Source: an uncultured bacterium (GTDB lineage Bacteria > Fidelibacterota > Marinisomatia > Marinisomatales > AB-629-J13). Taken from it: a DNA stretch of 64,000 nucleotides. The first letter of the stretch is position 1. Every line of letters starts with the position of its first letter. Location of the stretch: positions 18,254 to 82,253 of the forward strand of contig CAZBZK010000001.1 of NCBI GenBank assembly GCA_964496365.1. The letters are read 5' to 3'. This document shows, piece after piece, positions 27,169-37,347 of this stretch. Under the pieces are notes generated by a model, which did not search any database, was not told the origin of the DNA, and worked only from the letters and a program-made list of their open reading frames with translations. The translations under genes and the position numbers were made by a program.

Positions 27169-27624
27169 ATGGATGGAAAGCATTATCATAATATCACATG
27201 GATCCCTGTACTGGTAATCGGATTGAGTGCACTTTTCCTTGGTGGTGTTTACACCTCGATAAACCACCCTTGGCTTTTAGATCAAAGGGCAAATGAACTT
27301 CTATTAGGAATTAGGTATGACGACCTTTTTTCACAAAAAATCAATCAATTTCTACCTGGCTATCTAACATTAATGTATCGTTTTTTTGGTTGGTGGCTTG
27401 TTTCGATTGGGTTGCTAATATCTACTTATGTTTTCATTACAAAAATGGGAACCCCTTTGGCTCGGAACGGTCTTCATGTGATCCTTTTTATAATTCTCGT
27501 TGGAATGTACTGTATAGAGTTTACATTTATTCCTACCACTCCATTTTTGTGGCTCACTCATGGTATTTCACTGTTGTTAGTGATGAGTGTTTTTGGTTCT
27601 ATAAAATTAAAAAGGTTTGAATAA
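27169..27624 (+). CDS. Hypothetical integral membrane protein (about 4 TM)
   Basis: The only support is the hydrophobic profile and the position abutting the next gene, whose ATG immediately follows this gene's stop codon. Confidence 0.4.
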   Translation: MDGKHYHNITWIPVLVIGLSALFLGGVYTSINHPWLLDQRANELLLGIRYDDLFSQKINQFLPGYLTLMYRFFGWWLVSIGLLISTYVFITKMGTPLARNGLHVILFIILVGMYCIEFTFIPTTPFLWLTHGISLLLVMSVFGSIKLKRFE

Positions 27625-28041
27625 ATGGGATTAACAGACATTCACCCTTTATTTATTCATTTTCCTATTGCACTTCTCTCTACGGGGTTTATGTTTGATT
27701 TGTTAGCAATCATTTTTAAAAAAGAAGTGTTTCAGCCCGTAGGGTGGTGGAATTTATCTTTGGGGATACTATCCTCTGTTTTTGCCGTTTTAACAGGATT
27801 TGTTGCTGATTGGAATTATGGACATTTTGAGATACCGTTTCCTATCTTTGATACTCATGGTTCTGTTCAGCTTATGTCTATCTTCTGTTATTTTGTGATG
27901 TTCGTTTGGAGATGGAAACTGAATAAAGCCCTACCAATTTCTTTTCGTTCTTTGTTGGGTTATTTTGTTTTGGGTCTTGTCGCAACCAGTTTACTTTTTT
28001 ACGGTGGACATCTCGGAGCAATATTGGCTGGAAGAATATAA
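27625..28041 (+). CDS. DUF2231-like integral membrane protein
   Basis: N-terminal HPLFIHFPIALL and a 4-TM layout with conserved His residues, resembling DUF2231. Confidence 0.5.
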   Translation: MGLTDIHPLFIHFPIALLSTGFMFDLLAIIFKKEVFQPVGWWNLSLGILSSVFAVLTGFVADWNYGHFEIPFPIFDTHGSVQLMSIFCYFVMFVWRWKLNKALPISFRSLLGYFVLGLVATSLLFYGGHLGAILAGRI

Positions 28042-28147
28042 AATTTTTTATTGACCATTTTCTTTTAAACAATTTGGTTTTCAAGTTAATTTTTATCTTG
28101 GATTCAGGTGGTTTTCTTTATTTTAAACACTAAAATCATTTATTAAA

Positions 28148-28993
28148 ATGACCGATTCTAATTACACTACACCTTCAAAAAAATTGCACACCGAAAGAAA
28201 TGATCGTTGGTGGTTCGAACCGCTGTGGACAGGTATCGGTTTTTTTGCGTTTGTTCTGTACACAACATGGGCAATGTTTCAAGGTGATTATTATTGGTGG
28301 AGTGCTTTTCAAGAGGGATTTGGTGGTTATCTTTCTCCGTTTTACTCACCCTTATTTTTTGTGAACCAAAATGTTAGTGGAGCCGCTCCTATTGACCATG
28401 CTTGGTTTGGAGCTTGGCCCCAGTGGATTCCTAATCTCATTCCTGCCACCCCTGCGATTTTAATTTTAGCGGGTCCTTTGTCTTTTCGAATGACGTGCTA
28501 TTACTATCGAAAATTTTACTATCGTTCTTATTTTTTATCACCACCGGCTTGTGCTGTTTCCGGTATTCCACAAAAAAAATACAAGGGAGAAACAGCACTA
28601 TTGGTGTTTCAAAACCTCCATCGTTATACTTTTTACATCGCCCTTGGGCTGGTCATAATTCTTTCTTATGATGGGGTTTTATCCCTGTTTAGGGGAGGAA
28701 AATTTGGGGTAGGTGTTGGTTCTATAATTCTAATAATAAATCCTGTTTTACTGGCAGGTTATACTTTTGGCTGTCATGCTTTCAGACACATGGTTGGAGG
28801 AAACAAAGATTGTTTTTCTTGTCCAAAAGGGAAGCCAACATTTAGATATAAATTGTGGAAAGGTGTTTCTGTTTTAAACAGTCACCACATGTTTTGGGCA
28901 TGGGTAAGCATGATTTGGGTGGCGTTTTCTGATATTTATGTACGAATGGTAGCAAATGGAACGTGGACAGATTTTAACACCTGGGGTTCATGA
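28148..28993 (+). CDS. Putative succinate dehydrogenase/fumarate reductase membrane anchor (single ~5-TM subunit with Cys/His cluster)
   Basis: About 5 TM helices and a 4-nt overlap with the flavoprotein gene. Contains the motif GCHAFRHMVGGNKDCFSC (nt 28772-28822). It resembles anchors of mycobacterial Sdh1-type enzymes by layout. The assignment rests on context. Confidence 0.55.
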   Translation: MTDSNYTTPSKKLHTERNDRWWFEPLWTGIGFFAFVLYTTWAMFQGDYYWWSAFQEGFGGYLSPFYSPLFFVNQNVSGAAPIDHAWFGAWPQWIPNLIPATPAILILAGPLSFRMTCYYYRKFYYRSYFLSPPACAVSGIPQKKYKGETALLVFQNLHRYTFYIALGLVIILSYDGVLSLFRGGKFGVGVGSIILIINPVLLAGYTFGCHAFRHMVGGNKDCFSCPKGKPTFRYKLWKGVSVLNSHHMFWAWVSMIWVAFSDIYVRMVANGTWTDFNTWGS

Positions 28994-30846
28994 TGTTGGA
29001 TATTTCAAACGTACAAACAGTTGAACACGATGTCATTGTCGTCGGTGCAGGTGGTGCCGGAATAAGAGCTGCCATAGAGTGCTCTAAGCAAGGATTAAGT
29101 ACCGGTCTTGTGTGCAAATCTCTCTTGGGAAAAGCCCATACTGTTATGGCAGAAGGAGGTGTAGCAGCAGCCTTGGGAAATGTGGACTCAAGAGATGATT
29201 GGAAAGTCCATTTTAGAGATACCATGAGAGGAGGAAAGTTTTTTAATAACTGGCGAATGGCGGAACTTCATGCAAAACAAGCACCGGACAGGGTCAGGGA
29301 ATTAGAAGAGTGGGGTGCTGTATTTGATCGGACAAAGAAAGGATTAATCAATCAACGCAATTTTGGTGGACACCGTTATCCTCGTCTTGCCCATGTAGGA
29401 GACCGAACCGGTCTTGAAATTATTCGTACACTTCAAGATAAGGGGGTACACCAAGGAATAGAAATTTATATGGAATGTACTTGTTTGGATTTATTAAAAT
29501 CAGATGGGTGTATTTCCGGAATGGTAGGTATGTGGAGGGAAACTGGTGCTTTTGTGGTCTTCAAATCAAAGGCTGTAATTCTTGCAACTGGAGGTGGCGG
29601 TAAGGGATGGAAAATCACTTCAAACTCATGGGAATATACCGGTGACGGATATGGAATGGCGTATGAAGCCGGAGCAGAATTGATGGATATGGAATTCACC
29701 CAATTTCATCCTACAGGCATGGTATGGCCTCCTTCTGTGAGGGGGACACTTGTAACAGAGGGTGTGAGGGGAGAAGGTGGAATATTGGTGAATAGCGAAG
29801 GAAAGCGGTTTATGTTTGAAAACATTCCGGAACGATTTGTTGCAGAGACTGCGGACTCAAAAGAAGAAACTGCAAGGTGGTTGGCTGGAGACAAGGAAGC
29901 TCGCAGACCTCCGGAGCTTCTCACTCGAGATGTGGTTGCCAGAGCTATCAGAAAGGAGGTGAAAGCAGGGAAGGGTTCTCCTCATGGGGGTGCTTTTCTT
30001 GATATCGCAACGCAACGCAGTAAAGAAGATATTAAACGGAAACTCCCGTCTATGTATCACCAATTCAAAGTGTTGGCTGAATTAGATATTACAAGAGAGA
30101 GAATGGAGGTAGGACCAACCCTTCATTATTTTATGGGTGGCATCCGTGTTGATCCCGATTCACAAATGACAAAAGTCCCTGGTTTGTTTGCTTGCGGAGA
30201 ATGTGCAGGAGGGGTTCATGGTGCAAACCGTCTTGGGGGAAACTCTCTTTCAGATTTATTGGTTTTTGGAAAACTCGCAGGGAAAGGTGCTTTTGATTAT
30301 ATTCAAACTAACAAAACCGTGGGCTATTCGAGTGAAAAACAAGTTAGATTTATTATAAAAACCGCCACAGGGATTTTAAATCGAGAGTCTGGAGAAAATC
30401 CATATTTGTTGCACGAAGAACTCCAAGATCTCATGCAAGACAGCGTAGGTATCGTCCGAACAAAAGATTTATTAAACAAAGGAATATTGGCTCTGGATAA
30501 GCTCTGGGATAAATATAAAAACATTAAAGCCCACGGAGCCAGCCAGTTTAATCCGGGTTGGCATGAGGCTTTAGCATTGCGAAACTTATTAATAACATCA
30601 GAAGCTGTTGCCAGAGCAGCATATATGAGAGAAGAAAGCAGAGGTGCTCATACTCGAGTTGATTTTCCGGGAGAACAAGACGAATGGTTGAAATATAATG
30701 TCGTAATTAAAAAAGAAGATGATGGTAGTATGGGCATTCAAAAGGTTTTACGAAAAGAGCCTAATGCTGAGTTAAAACGAATCGCTGATCTGACCATAGA
30801 AGAACTTGAGTCAGAGGTAAGACGGGATCAGTCTGGTAATACGTAA
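28990..30846 (+). CDS. sdhA: Succinate dehydrogenase/fumarate reductase flavoprotein subunit
   Basis: FAD motif VIVVGAGGAGIRAA, HPTG covalent-FAD His region (FTQFHPTG), and the catalytic blocks RGEGG and LGGNSLSDL. 618 aa. Confidence 0.9.
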   Translation: MMLDISNVQTVEHDVIVVGAGGAGIRAAIECSKQGLSTGLVCKSLLGKAHTVMAEGGVAAALGNVDSRDDWKVHFRDTMRGGKFFNNWRMAELHAKQAPDRVRELEEWGAVFDRTKKGLINQRNFGGHRYPRLAHVGDRTGLEIIRTLQDKGVHQGIEIYMECTCLDLLKSDGCISGMVGMWRETGAFVVFKSKAVILATGGGGKGWKITSNSWEYTGDGYGMAYEAGAELMDMEFTQFHPTGMVWPPSVRGTLVTEGVRGEGGILVNSEGKRFMFENIPERFVAETADSKEETARWLAGDKEARRPPELLTRDVVARAIRKEVKAGKGSPHGGAFLDIATQRSKEDIKRKLPSMYHQFKVLAELDITRERMEVGPTLHYFMGGIRVDPDSQMTKVPGLFACGECAGGVHGANRLGGNSLSDLLVFGKLAGKGAFDYIQTNKTVGYSSEKQVRFIIKTATGILNRESGENPYLLHEELQDLMQDSVGIVRTKDLLNKGILALDKLWDKYKNIKAHGASQFNPGWHEALALRNLLITSEAVARAAYMREESRGAHTRVDFPGEQDEWLKYNVVIKKEDDGSMGIQKVLRKEPNAELKRIADLTIEELESEVRRDQSGNT

Positions 30847-30847
30847 T

Positions 30848-31609
30848 ATGGCACTTAGAAAATTTGAAATATTTCGTGGTGATAAATCCAATGGAACCAT
30901 GAAAAAATATAAGGTAAACGTGGAAAAAGGGATGGTAGTGCTCGATGTAATTCACAAAATTCAAGCAGAGCAAGCAGGGGATATGGCGGTGCGATGGAAC
31001 TGCAAGGCTGGCAAATGTGGTTCGTGTAGTGTAGAAATTAATGGGAAACCGAAGCTGTCTTGTATGACTAGAATGAACGAGTATTCTGAAGACGAAACCC
31101 TTTTCGTGAGACCTCTCAAAACATTTCCCATGATGAAAGACATTGTGACTGATGTTTCATGGAATTATAAACAAAATAAAAAAATTACTCCGTTCTCTCC
31201 CAATCCAAAATCTAAAGACAAAAGCGGTAATTATATAATGATGCAGGAAGATGTAGATCGGGTTCAGGAATTTAGAAAGTGTATCGAATGTTACTTGTGC
31301 CAAAACGTATGCCATGTTCTTAGGAATCACGACCACAAAGATAGATTTGTGGGCCCTCGGTTTTTGATTCGTTTAGCAAGTCTTGAAATGCACCCCCTTG
31401 ATAACTCTGATAGAATACCTGCTATAAAAGAGACATTCGGATCTGGAATGTGTAATATAACTCGTTGTTGTACGGACGTGTGTCCGGAACATATTCAAAT
31501 CACTGATAATGGAATCATTCCGCTTAAAGAGAGGGTAGTGGACCGTTATTACGATCCAATCAAGCTTTTATTTAAAAAGCTTTTTAAAAGAAAAAAATCA
31601 GCTTTATAA
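30848..31609 (+). CDS. sdhB: Succinate dehydrogenase/fumarate reductase iron-sulfur subunit
   Basis: 2Fe-2S motif CKAGKCGSCSVEINGKPKLSC, plus the 4Fe-4S/3Fe-4S motifs CIECYLCQNVC and CNITRCCTDVCP. Confidence 0.9.
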   Translation: MALRKFEIFRGDKSNGTMKKYKVNVEKGMVVLDVIHKIQAEQAGDMAVRWNCKAGKCGSCSVEINGKPKLSCMTRMNEYSEDETLFVRPLKTFPMMKDIVTDVSWNYKQNKKITPFSPNPKSKDKSGNYIMMQEDVDRVQEFRKCIECYLCQNVCHVLRNHDHKDRFVGPRFLIRLASLEMHPLDNSDRIPAIKETFGSGMCNITRCCTDVCPEHIQITDNGIIPLKERVVDRYYDPIKLLFKKLFKRKKSAL

Positions 31610-31618
31610 AAACATCTG

Positions 31619-32245
31619 TCAGTTTTTTAACTTAAAGTTAACGGGTATTGATATATAAACTCCTACTGCAATTTCCCGTTGTTTTGCTGGTTGAAATCGA
31701 GTTTTTCTGATGGCTTCCATGGCAGCTTCGTTTAATCCTGTGTTTGGTATTCCTTTTACAATGCTGACCTCTTTTACTCTCCCTTTTTTATCAATAAAAG
31801 CCTTGACATAAACCGTCCCCTCGATTCCTGCTTCCTGAGCAATTTCTGGATATTCCGGTCTGATGGGTGTTTTGGGAACCGGCGGATCGTCATACGGAAT
31901 AAATTTTACCTGTGGGCCATCAGGAGGAGGTGGTGGTGCACCCCAAGCTTCAAAACTTTCTAAATCTAATTCATCCATTGTTAGGTCTTCGGAAATATCT
32001 TCGCTTTCTGATTCGACAGGAATAGAGGGTCTTGCCGGTGGTGGTGGACGGTTAATTTGTTGTGTTTGTGGAATTTCAATTTGTTCAATGACAAATTGTG
32101 CCTGTTCCTCCAGAGCCGTATCCCTTCTGAATCGTGGATAAACAAGGAACATGATAATAATCAAAAAAACCGCCACAAGCCCTGTTGCTCGCACAACAAA
32201 AGGGTTGGTTGTTCTTAATGATCCGGTATGTTCGATGACATTCAT
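31619..32245 (-). CDS. tonB: Energy transducer TonB
   Basis: N-terminal TM, a Pro-rich spacer (RPPPPARPS...APPPPPDGP), and a C-terminal TonB domain (YPEIAQEAGIEGTVYVKAFIDKKGRV). Confidence 0.85.
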   Translation of the reverse strand: MNVIEHTGSLRTTNPFVVRATGLVAVFLIIIMFLVYPRFRRDTALEEQAQFVIEQIEIPQTQQINRPPPPARPSIPVESESEDISEDLTMDELDLESFEAWGAPPPPPDGPQVKFIPYDDPPVPKTPIRPEYPEIAQEAGIEGTVYVKAFIDKKGRVKEVSIVKGIPNTGLNEAAMEAIRKTRFQPAKQREIAVGVYISIPVNFKLKN

Positions 32246-32655
32246 TAATTAACTGCTGTTTTTGTTGAATAATTAAGCTTTAGTGCATCAGCTTTTCTTA
32301 GTTCATTATGAATGTTTGACACAAGTCCCATTCTGGCTTCCTCATCTGATTTTAGAGAAACTACAATCTGAGGATTAGAGGATCGTTTTTCGTACATAAT
32401 GTGTCGTATATCATTCACTGGATATAATTTATCTTCAATTGATATTAACCCTTCTTTAGACACCCAAATATGAGTAGTGTGTCTTTTAGATTTTAACTTT
32501 TCAATCCTTTTAGCTTTGGGCAAATTGATGGGAAGTCCTGAATATTCTCTTAACACTGTGGTTACCATAAAAAAGATAAGTAACATAAAAATAATATCGG
32601 GCATAGATGCTGTTGGGATTTCGGTGTCGAGTTTTATTTTTTTATTAAATTTCAT
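32245..32655 (-). CDS. exbD: Biopolymer transport protein ExbD/TolR
   Basis: N-terminal IPTASMPDIIFMLLIFFMVTT, the typical ExbD TM with its conserved Asp. Confidence 0.85.
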   Translation of the reverse strand: MKFNKKIKLDTEIPTASMPDIIFMLLIFFMVTTVLREYSGLPINLPKAKRIEKLKSKRHTTHIWVSKEGLISIEDKLYPVNDIRHIMYEKRSSNPQIVVSLKSDEEARMGLVSNIHNELRKADALKLNYSTKTAVN

Positions 32656-33047
32656 TAGTTACTCTCAGCAATTGATATTCTTTTGGCATCTGCCATTTTT
32701 AGCTGGTCAATAACTGAAACGTAGTCTTTATAACGGGTTTTTTCGTGTGATTTGACAGAAATAATCAATTTTTCATTTTCCGCAATCTTTTTCTTCACTA
32801 TTCTGCTTATGTTTTTTGTTTCTACCGGATCTCCTCCCAAAAGGACCTTGCCCTGTGAGTTTATAAGACAGTTTAATATATTCTTTTTTCTTATTTCGAT
32901 TGTGTCTCCTTCTGGAGGGAGGACAATTCCCAAACCCTTGTCCATATCAATTGTTGTGGTTACCAGAAAGAAAATGAGCAGAAGAAAGGCTATATCTGCC
33001 ATGGAGGATGTGGGGATTTCTCCCTCTTTAAATCGTCTATTTTTCAT
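32655..33047 (-). CDS. exbD: Biopolymer transport protein ExbD/TolR (second paralog)
   Basis: N-terminal IPTSSMADIAFLLLIFFLVTT. 1-nt overlap with the downstream exbD. Confidence 0.85.
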   Translation of the reverse strand: MKNRRFKEGEIPTSSMADIAFLLLIFFLVTTTIDMDKGLGIVLPPEGDTIEIRKKNILNCLINSQGKVLLGGDPVETKNISRIVKKKIAENEKLIISVKSHEKTRYKDYVSVIDQLKMADAKRISIAESN

Positions 33048-33067
33048 AGCAATAAGATGCGATTTGT

Positions 33068-33697
33068 TTAATTTTCTTTTTGCTCCAGCTCATATAAATG
33101 ATCAACTAATTGAACGGAGTGCTCTTCCATATCAAGCACCAAACTGTCAATTCGGTTGACAAAAATGTTTTGAAATATTTGAATAATCATGGCTGTGATA
33201 AGTCCAAATGCTGTGGTTAATAAAGCCTGAGAAATTCCACCTGCTACAACTGCCGGCGAAATATCGTTTGCTGCTTTAATTGCATCAAATGCTGAAATCA
33301 TACCCACAACTGTACCGGTAAATCCTATCATTGGAGCAATTGTGATTACGGCATTAAGCCAAATCATGTTTCGTTCAAGAAAAGCCATTTCAACGGGTCC
33401 TGCATTTTGAATTGCCTTTTCCACTTCGGAAAGCCCACGGTGTCGTCTGGCTAGTCCTGCGTGAAAAATCGCCGCTACCGGTCCACGAGTGGTTTCGCAT
33501 AATTTCAAGGCTGATTCAACACCGTCACTCTCAAGTGTTTCCGATACTTCATGAAAAAACTTTTTTGTGTTAACTGACGACATCAACAATGAGTAAAGTC
33601 TTTCAAGTGTAAAACATAAACCAAAAATAAGTGATATTAAAATGGGCCACATAAAGTGTCCCCCATCAACAAAATATTCTACCATGTAGTTCTCCAA
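33068..33697 (-). CDS. exbB: MotA/TolQ/ExbB proton-channel protein (ExbB)
   Basis: C-terminal block IAPMIGFTGTVVGMISAF...ALLTTAFGL, in an operon with exbD-exbD-tonB. Confidence 0.85.
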   Translation of the reverse strand: MENYMVEYFVDGGHFMWPILISLIFGLCFTLERLYSLLMSSVNTKKFFHEVSETLESDGVESALKLCETTRGPVAAIFHAGLARRHRGLSEVEKAIQNAGPVEMAFLERNMIWLNAVITIAPMIGFTGTVVGMISAFDAIKAANDISPAVVAGGISQALLTTAFGLITAMIIQIFQNIFVNRIDSLVLDMEEHSVQLVDHLYELEQKEN

Positions 33698-33763
33698 GGT
33701 TCATTATTAAAAATAAAATTTGTTCTTCTCTTTGCGTAAATCACGCTCATTTAGCCTTTGAAT

Positions 33764-35371
33764 TTAAAATGATTGTTTGATGAAAACAGAGGCTTCATCA
33801 AAATATTTTATTCCCTCATTTACTTGGTTATCTACCATAAGTCGAATTCCAACAGCTTCGTTCCTGCCCCAAATAACACCTGCTATTTCAGCTTTGATTC
33901 TTAATGAGAGTAGTGTTTCGTCTTCACGGGTAAAAAGTGAATCCGTTTTAATATCTTCTGTTTCCAAATAATGAAGGAAATTTTGGAATTGTTCAGCTGG
34001 AAGATTCCACGAGTTTTTATAGGAACCATACTCACCAAATTGTTCTTTTGATAGGTTCTCGGCGGAATAAATAGAAGCCCAATTAAAAACGGGTCTTTTT
34101 CCATGACCCAGTATTTTTTGAACGTTTGAACTAATTATTGATGAGTAGGGTATATGAACGTCTGGTGTTATACCTCCGCCTCCATATACCGTTCTTCCGT
34201 TTCGAGTCTTATATTTTGGTCGCAGTTCTTTAAGGGAATCTATTTTTGTTTCTCTGTCTTGAGCATATAGCTCCAAATAATAGGCTCTGTCTTTACCGTC
34301 CTCGTAGGGTCTTTGAATGAGCCTCCCACTTGGTGTAAAATAACGAGCTATGGTTATTCGTATTGCCGAACCATCTTTCAATGGCAACTGTCGCTGAACC
34401 AATCCCTTCCCAAATGTAGTCTCACCTATTATGAGCCCTCGATCTAAATCCTGTACAGCCCCCGAAACAATCTCGCTGGCACTTGCACTTCCTCTGTTAA
34501 CTAAAATAATAAGTGGTAGTTGATCATCACCTTTGGTTGCATTGGCAAAAAACACCTGTCCAGACTTGGCTTTTTTTCCCATTGTATAAACCAAAGTATC
34601 ATCTTTTAAAATAAACAAGTCGGCAATTCCTGCAGCTTGTTCTAAATATCCACCACTGTTGTTTCGAAGGTCCAACAACAACTGTTTCATTCCTTTTGTT
34701 TTTAATCTATTAATAGCGCTTTCCACCTCTTGTTTTGTGGTAGCTGAAAAGCGAGTTAATCTTATATATCCTGTAGAATCATCGATCATGGTTTCTGCCC
34801 AAACACTATAAATTGGAATATTGTCTCTAACAATCTTAACATCAAATGGTTTTGGCAAACCAATTCTTCTCACGGTTACAGTTACAGGCGTTCCTTTTTT
34901 ACCTCGGAGCTTCTTAAAAACATCATCTTTAGTGATTTTATATGCATCTTCGCTGTTTATGGCAATAATTTGATCTCCTGGCTGTAAACCGGCTCGTTCA
35001 GATGGGCTTTCAGCTACAGGAGTAATGACGGTTATATATCCATTTAAAATATCAAATTCAATTCCAATCCCTTGAAATTTCCCCTTAAACTTTTCATCGA
35101 TTTCTTCTAGGTCTTTGGGTGGTATATAAACAGAATGGGGATCAAGCTTTTTCATTATCCCGTCAAAAGCACCCTCCATTAGTTTTCCCAGATCAACCTT
35201 TTCAAAATGAAATTCATTTATATAAGTAATGATTTGGTTCAATACTTGCATTTTTTCTTTGATTGAACTGAAACTACTTTTCCCTTGACTATAAAGAGAT
35301 TGATAATTCGAGGAAAAAAGTAAAATCGTTAACGCAATGCTAACTAATAAAATTGGTTTTATTCGTTTCAT
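33764..35371 (-). CDS. Carboxyl-terminal processing protease (S41 family, PDZ domain)
   Basis: PDZ region (GLQPGDQIIAIN), catalytic Ser block NRGSASASEIVSGA and Lys block TFGKGLVQ. Signal peptide present. Confidence 0.9.
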   Translation of the reverse strand: MKRIKPILLVSIALTILLFSSNYQSLYSQGKSSFSSIKEKMQVLNQIITYINEFHFEKVDLGKLMEGAFDGIMKKLDPHSVYIPPKDLEEIDEKFKGKFQGIGIEFDILNGYITVITPVAESPSERAGLQPGDQIIAINSEDAYKITKDDVFKKLRGKKGTPVTVTVRRIGLPKPFDVKIVRDNIPIYSVWAETMIDDSTGYIRLTRFSATTKQEVESAINRLKTKGMKQLLLDLRNNSGGYLEQAAGIADLFILKDDTLVYTMGKKAKSGQVFFANATKGDDQLPLIILVNRGSASASEIVSGAVQDLDRGLIIGETTFGKGLVQRQLPLKDGSAIRITIARYFTPSGRLIQRPYEDGKDRAYYLELYAQDRETKIDSLKELRPKYKTRNGRTVYGGGGITPDVHIPYSSIISSNVQKILGHGKRPVFNWASIYSAENLSKEQFGEYGSYKNSWNLPAEQFQNFLHYLETEDIKTDSLFTREDETLLSLRIKAEIAGVIWGRNEAVGIRLMVDNQVNEGIKYFDEASVFIKQSF

Positions 35372-35606
35372 TTGATACTATTTGTGTTTACACTTTGTGT
35401 GGTGAACCCCGAATATATTTCATAAATTGTTAATCAATCCAGTATTCATTTTTTTAATCTGTGTACTTGAAGCGATTATTTTTACAGATGAACATTTTAT
35501 AAAAACTTTTTATTTATCGTTCATTTTTTTTTAATAATTATATAGGATTTTTTGGTTTTTGGGGTTGTAATTTTGTCTGGTCAATGGAAATAGGATTTAT
35601 AAAGTA

Positions 35607-36083
35607 ATGGATCGTCTCTTTTCTCCGGAATTTAAAGCAAACCTATTGGTTCGTTGGTTCGGGTTTTGGAACGTTCCTTTGCTTTATTATTGTAAACCAA
35701 GAGTCATCTCTATAGACCAAAAACGGGTTGAAATAAAAATCCGTTTAAGAAGAAAAACAAAAAACCATTTAAAATCCATGTATTTTGGTACATTGGCGGT
35801 AGGGGCAGACATTGCAGGTGGAGTTTTGGCAATGCAGAAAATTCGAGAAAGCGGTAAAAACATAAAATTGCTTTTTCGTGATTTTCACGCTGATTTTAAA
35901 TTAAGGGCGGAAGGTGATGTACATTTTTATTGTTCTGATGGAGAAAAAATTGATCATCTTGTTTCTAAAGTTTTGTCTTCGGGTAAACGACAAAATGAAT
36001 TGCTGAATATTGTTGCCAAAGTACCCTCAATTTCTGATGATGTCGTTGCTGTCTTTTCTGAAACTATTTCGTTAAAACTATAG
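35607..36083 (+). CDS. DUF4442-like hot-dog fold (thioesterase-like) protein
   Basis: The N-terminal pattern (LLVRWFGFWNVPLL...ISIDQKRVEIKIRL...NHLKSMYFGTLAVGADIAGG) resembles DUF4442. The call is weak. Confidence 0.45.
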   Translation: MDRLFSPEFKANLLVRWFGFWNVPLLYYCKPRVISIDQKRVEIKIRLRRKTKNHLKSMYFGTLAVGADIAGGVLAMQKIRESGKNIKLLFRDFHADFKLRAEGDVHFYCSDGEKIDHLVSKVLSSGKRQNELLNIVAKVPSISDDVVAVFSETISLKL

Positions 36084-36135
36084 TTTTCATTCTACATTAT
36101 TTCATTTTCTTTTTTGATTTAGATAATTTTTAATA

Positions 36136-37332
36136 ATGAAAATATTTTATTCTTGGGTTTGTTCGTTTTCACTCGTTTTTGGGCAAGGGCTTTTGTCTTC
36201 TCAATTTATAGCTAGTGGTTTGGATAAACCAATTTATCTGACAGCCCCTTCTGGGTGTGTGGACACTCTTTATGTTGTTGAACAATCGGGGAAAATCCGG
36301 ACAATATCGAATAGTATTTTGATAAAAAAACCATTTTTAGATATTACAGATCGTGTACACAATCCGCTTTTCCCCGGAGATGAGCGTGGACTTTTAGGCA
36401 TGGCTTTTCACCCTCGGTTTTATGACAATGGTTATTTTTATCTAAATTATATTTCTAATGACCAAATGACTATTATTTCAAGGTTTTCCATTCAATCCAA
36501 AACCACTTTAGAAAAAAGCGAAGAAATCATTTTAACGATTGAACAACCGTATTCAAACCATAATGGTGGACAACTTGAGTTTGGTTATGACGGTTATTTG
36601 TATATCGGGGTGGGTGATGGTGGCTCTGCAGGAGATCCTTTCAATAATGGTCAGAACAATAATACTCTGTTGGGATCTATTTTAAGGATAGATGTGAACT
36701 CATCCTTTCCATATAGTATTCCTCCTTCCAATCCTGTTTATGAAAACATAAAAAAACAAAATGAAATTTGGCTATACGGACTCAGAAACCCATGGCGGTT
36801 CTCTTTTGATGCAAAAACAAATGAACTTTACGTTGGAGATGTGGGACAAAATGGCTGGGAAGAAATTCATTTGATTCCTCACGAGGGAGGCGGGTCAAAT
36901 CTTGGGTGGAATATTATGGAAGGAAACCACTGTTATCCTGATGAAAAACTGTGCGACAAAACAGGATTAACCTTACCAATCTTTGAATATCCAAACGATG
37001 CAAATTATATGAAAACGCTTGTAGGGTTTGCTCAAACAAAACCAAAGATTCAGGGCTGTTCTGTTACGGGAGGATATATTTATAGGGGGGCTTTAATACC
37101 TCATTTTCAGGGTCATTATATTTTTGCAGATTATTGTACGGGAAAGTTTTGGAGCTTTGTTTACAAGGATAATAAAGTTACCCATTTCAAAAAAAGAACC
37201 ACCGAGTTGAGAGATGGTACCGGAAAAAAACAATTTTATGTTTCTTCTTTTGGAAAAGATGGTGTTGGTGAACTTTATTTTCTTGATTATGAAGGTTCTG
37301 TCTATAAAATTATAAACGGTTTGCCAAAATAA
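36136..37332 (+). CDS. PQQ-dependent sugar (glucose/sorbosone) dehydrogenase-like beta-propeller
   Basis: Signal peptide and the motifs ERGLLGMAFHP, HNGGQLEFGYDGYLYIGVGDGG and GLRNPWRFSFD. Confidence 0.8.
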   Translation: MKIFYSWVCSFSLVFGQGLLSSQFIASGLDKPIYLTAPSGCVDTLYVVEQSGKIRTISNSILIKKPFLDITDRVHNPLFPGDERGLLGMAFHPRFYDNGYFYLNYISNDQMTIISRFSIQSKTTLEKSEEIILTIEQPYSNHNGGQLEFGYDGYLYIGVGDGGSAGDPFNNGQNNNTLLGSILRIDVNSSFPYSIPPSNPVYENIKKQNEIWLYGLRNPWRFSFDAKTNELYVGDVGQNGWEEIHLIPHEGGGSNLGWNIMEGNHCYPDEKLCDKTGLTLPIFEYPNDANYMKTLVGFAQTKPKIQGCSVTGGYIYRGALIPHFQGHYIFADYCTGKFWSFVYKDNKVTHFKKRTTELRDGTGKKQFYVSSFGKDGVGELYFLDYEGSVYKIINGLPK

Positions 37333-37347
37333 ATTTGAAAAACTTTA

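Noticed and set aside
31863-32141. Plus-strand Gly-rich 92-aa ORF (GGGGAPQ..., GGGGRL...)
   Set aside because: It is the mirror image of the Pro-rich (CCN) spacer of tonB on the minus strand. It is an antisense artefact.
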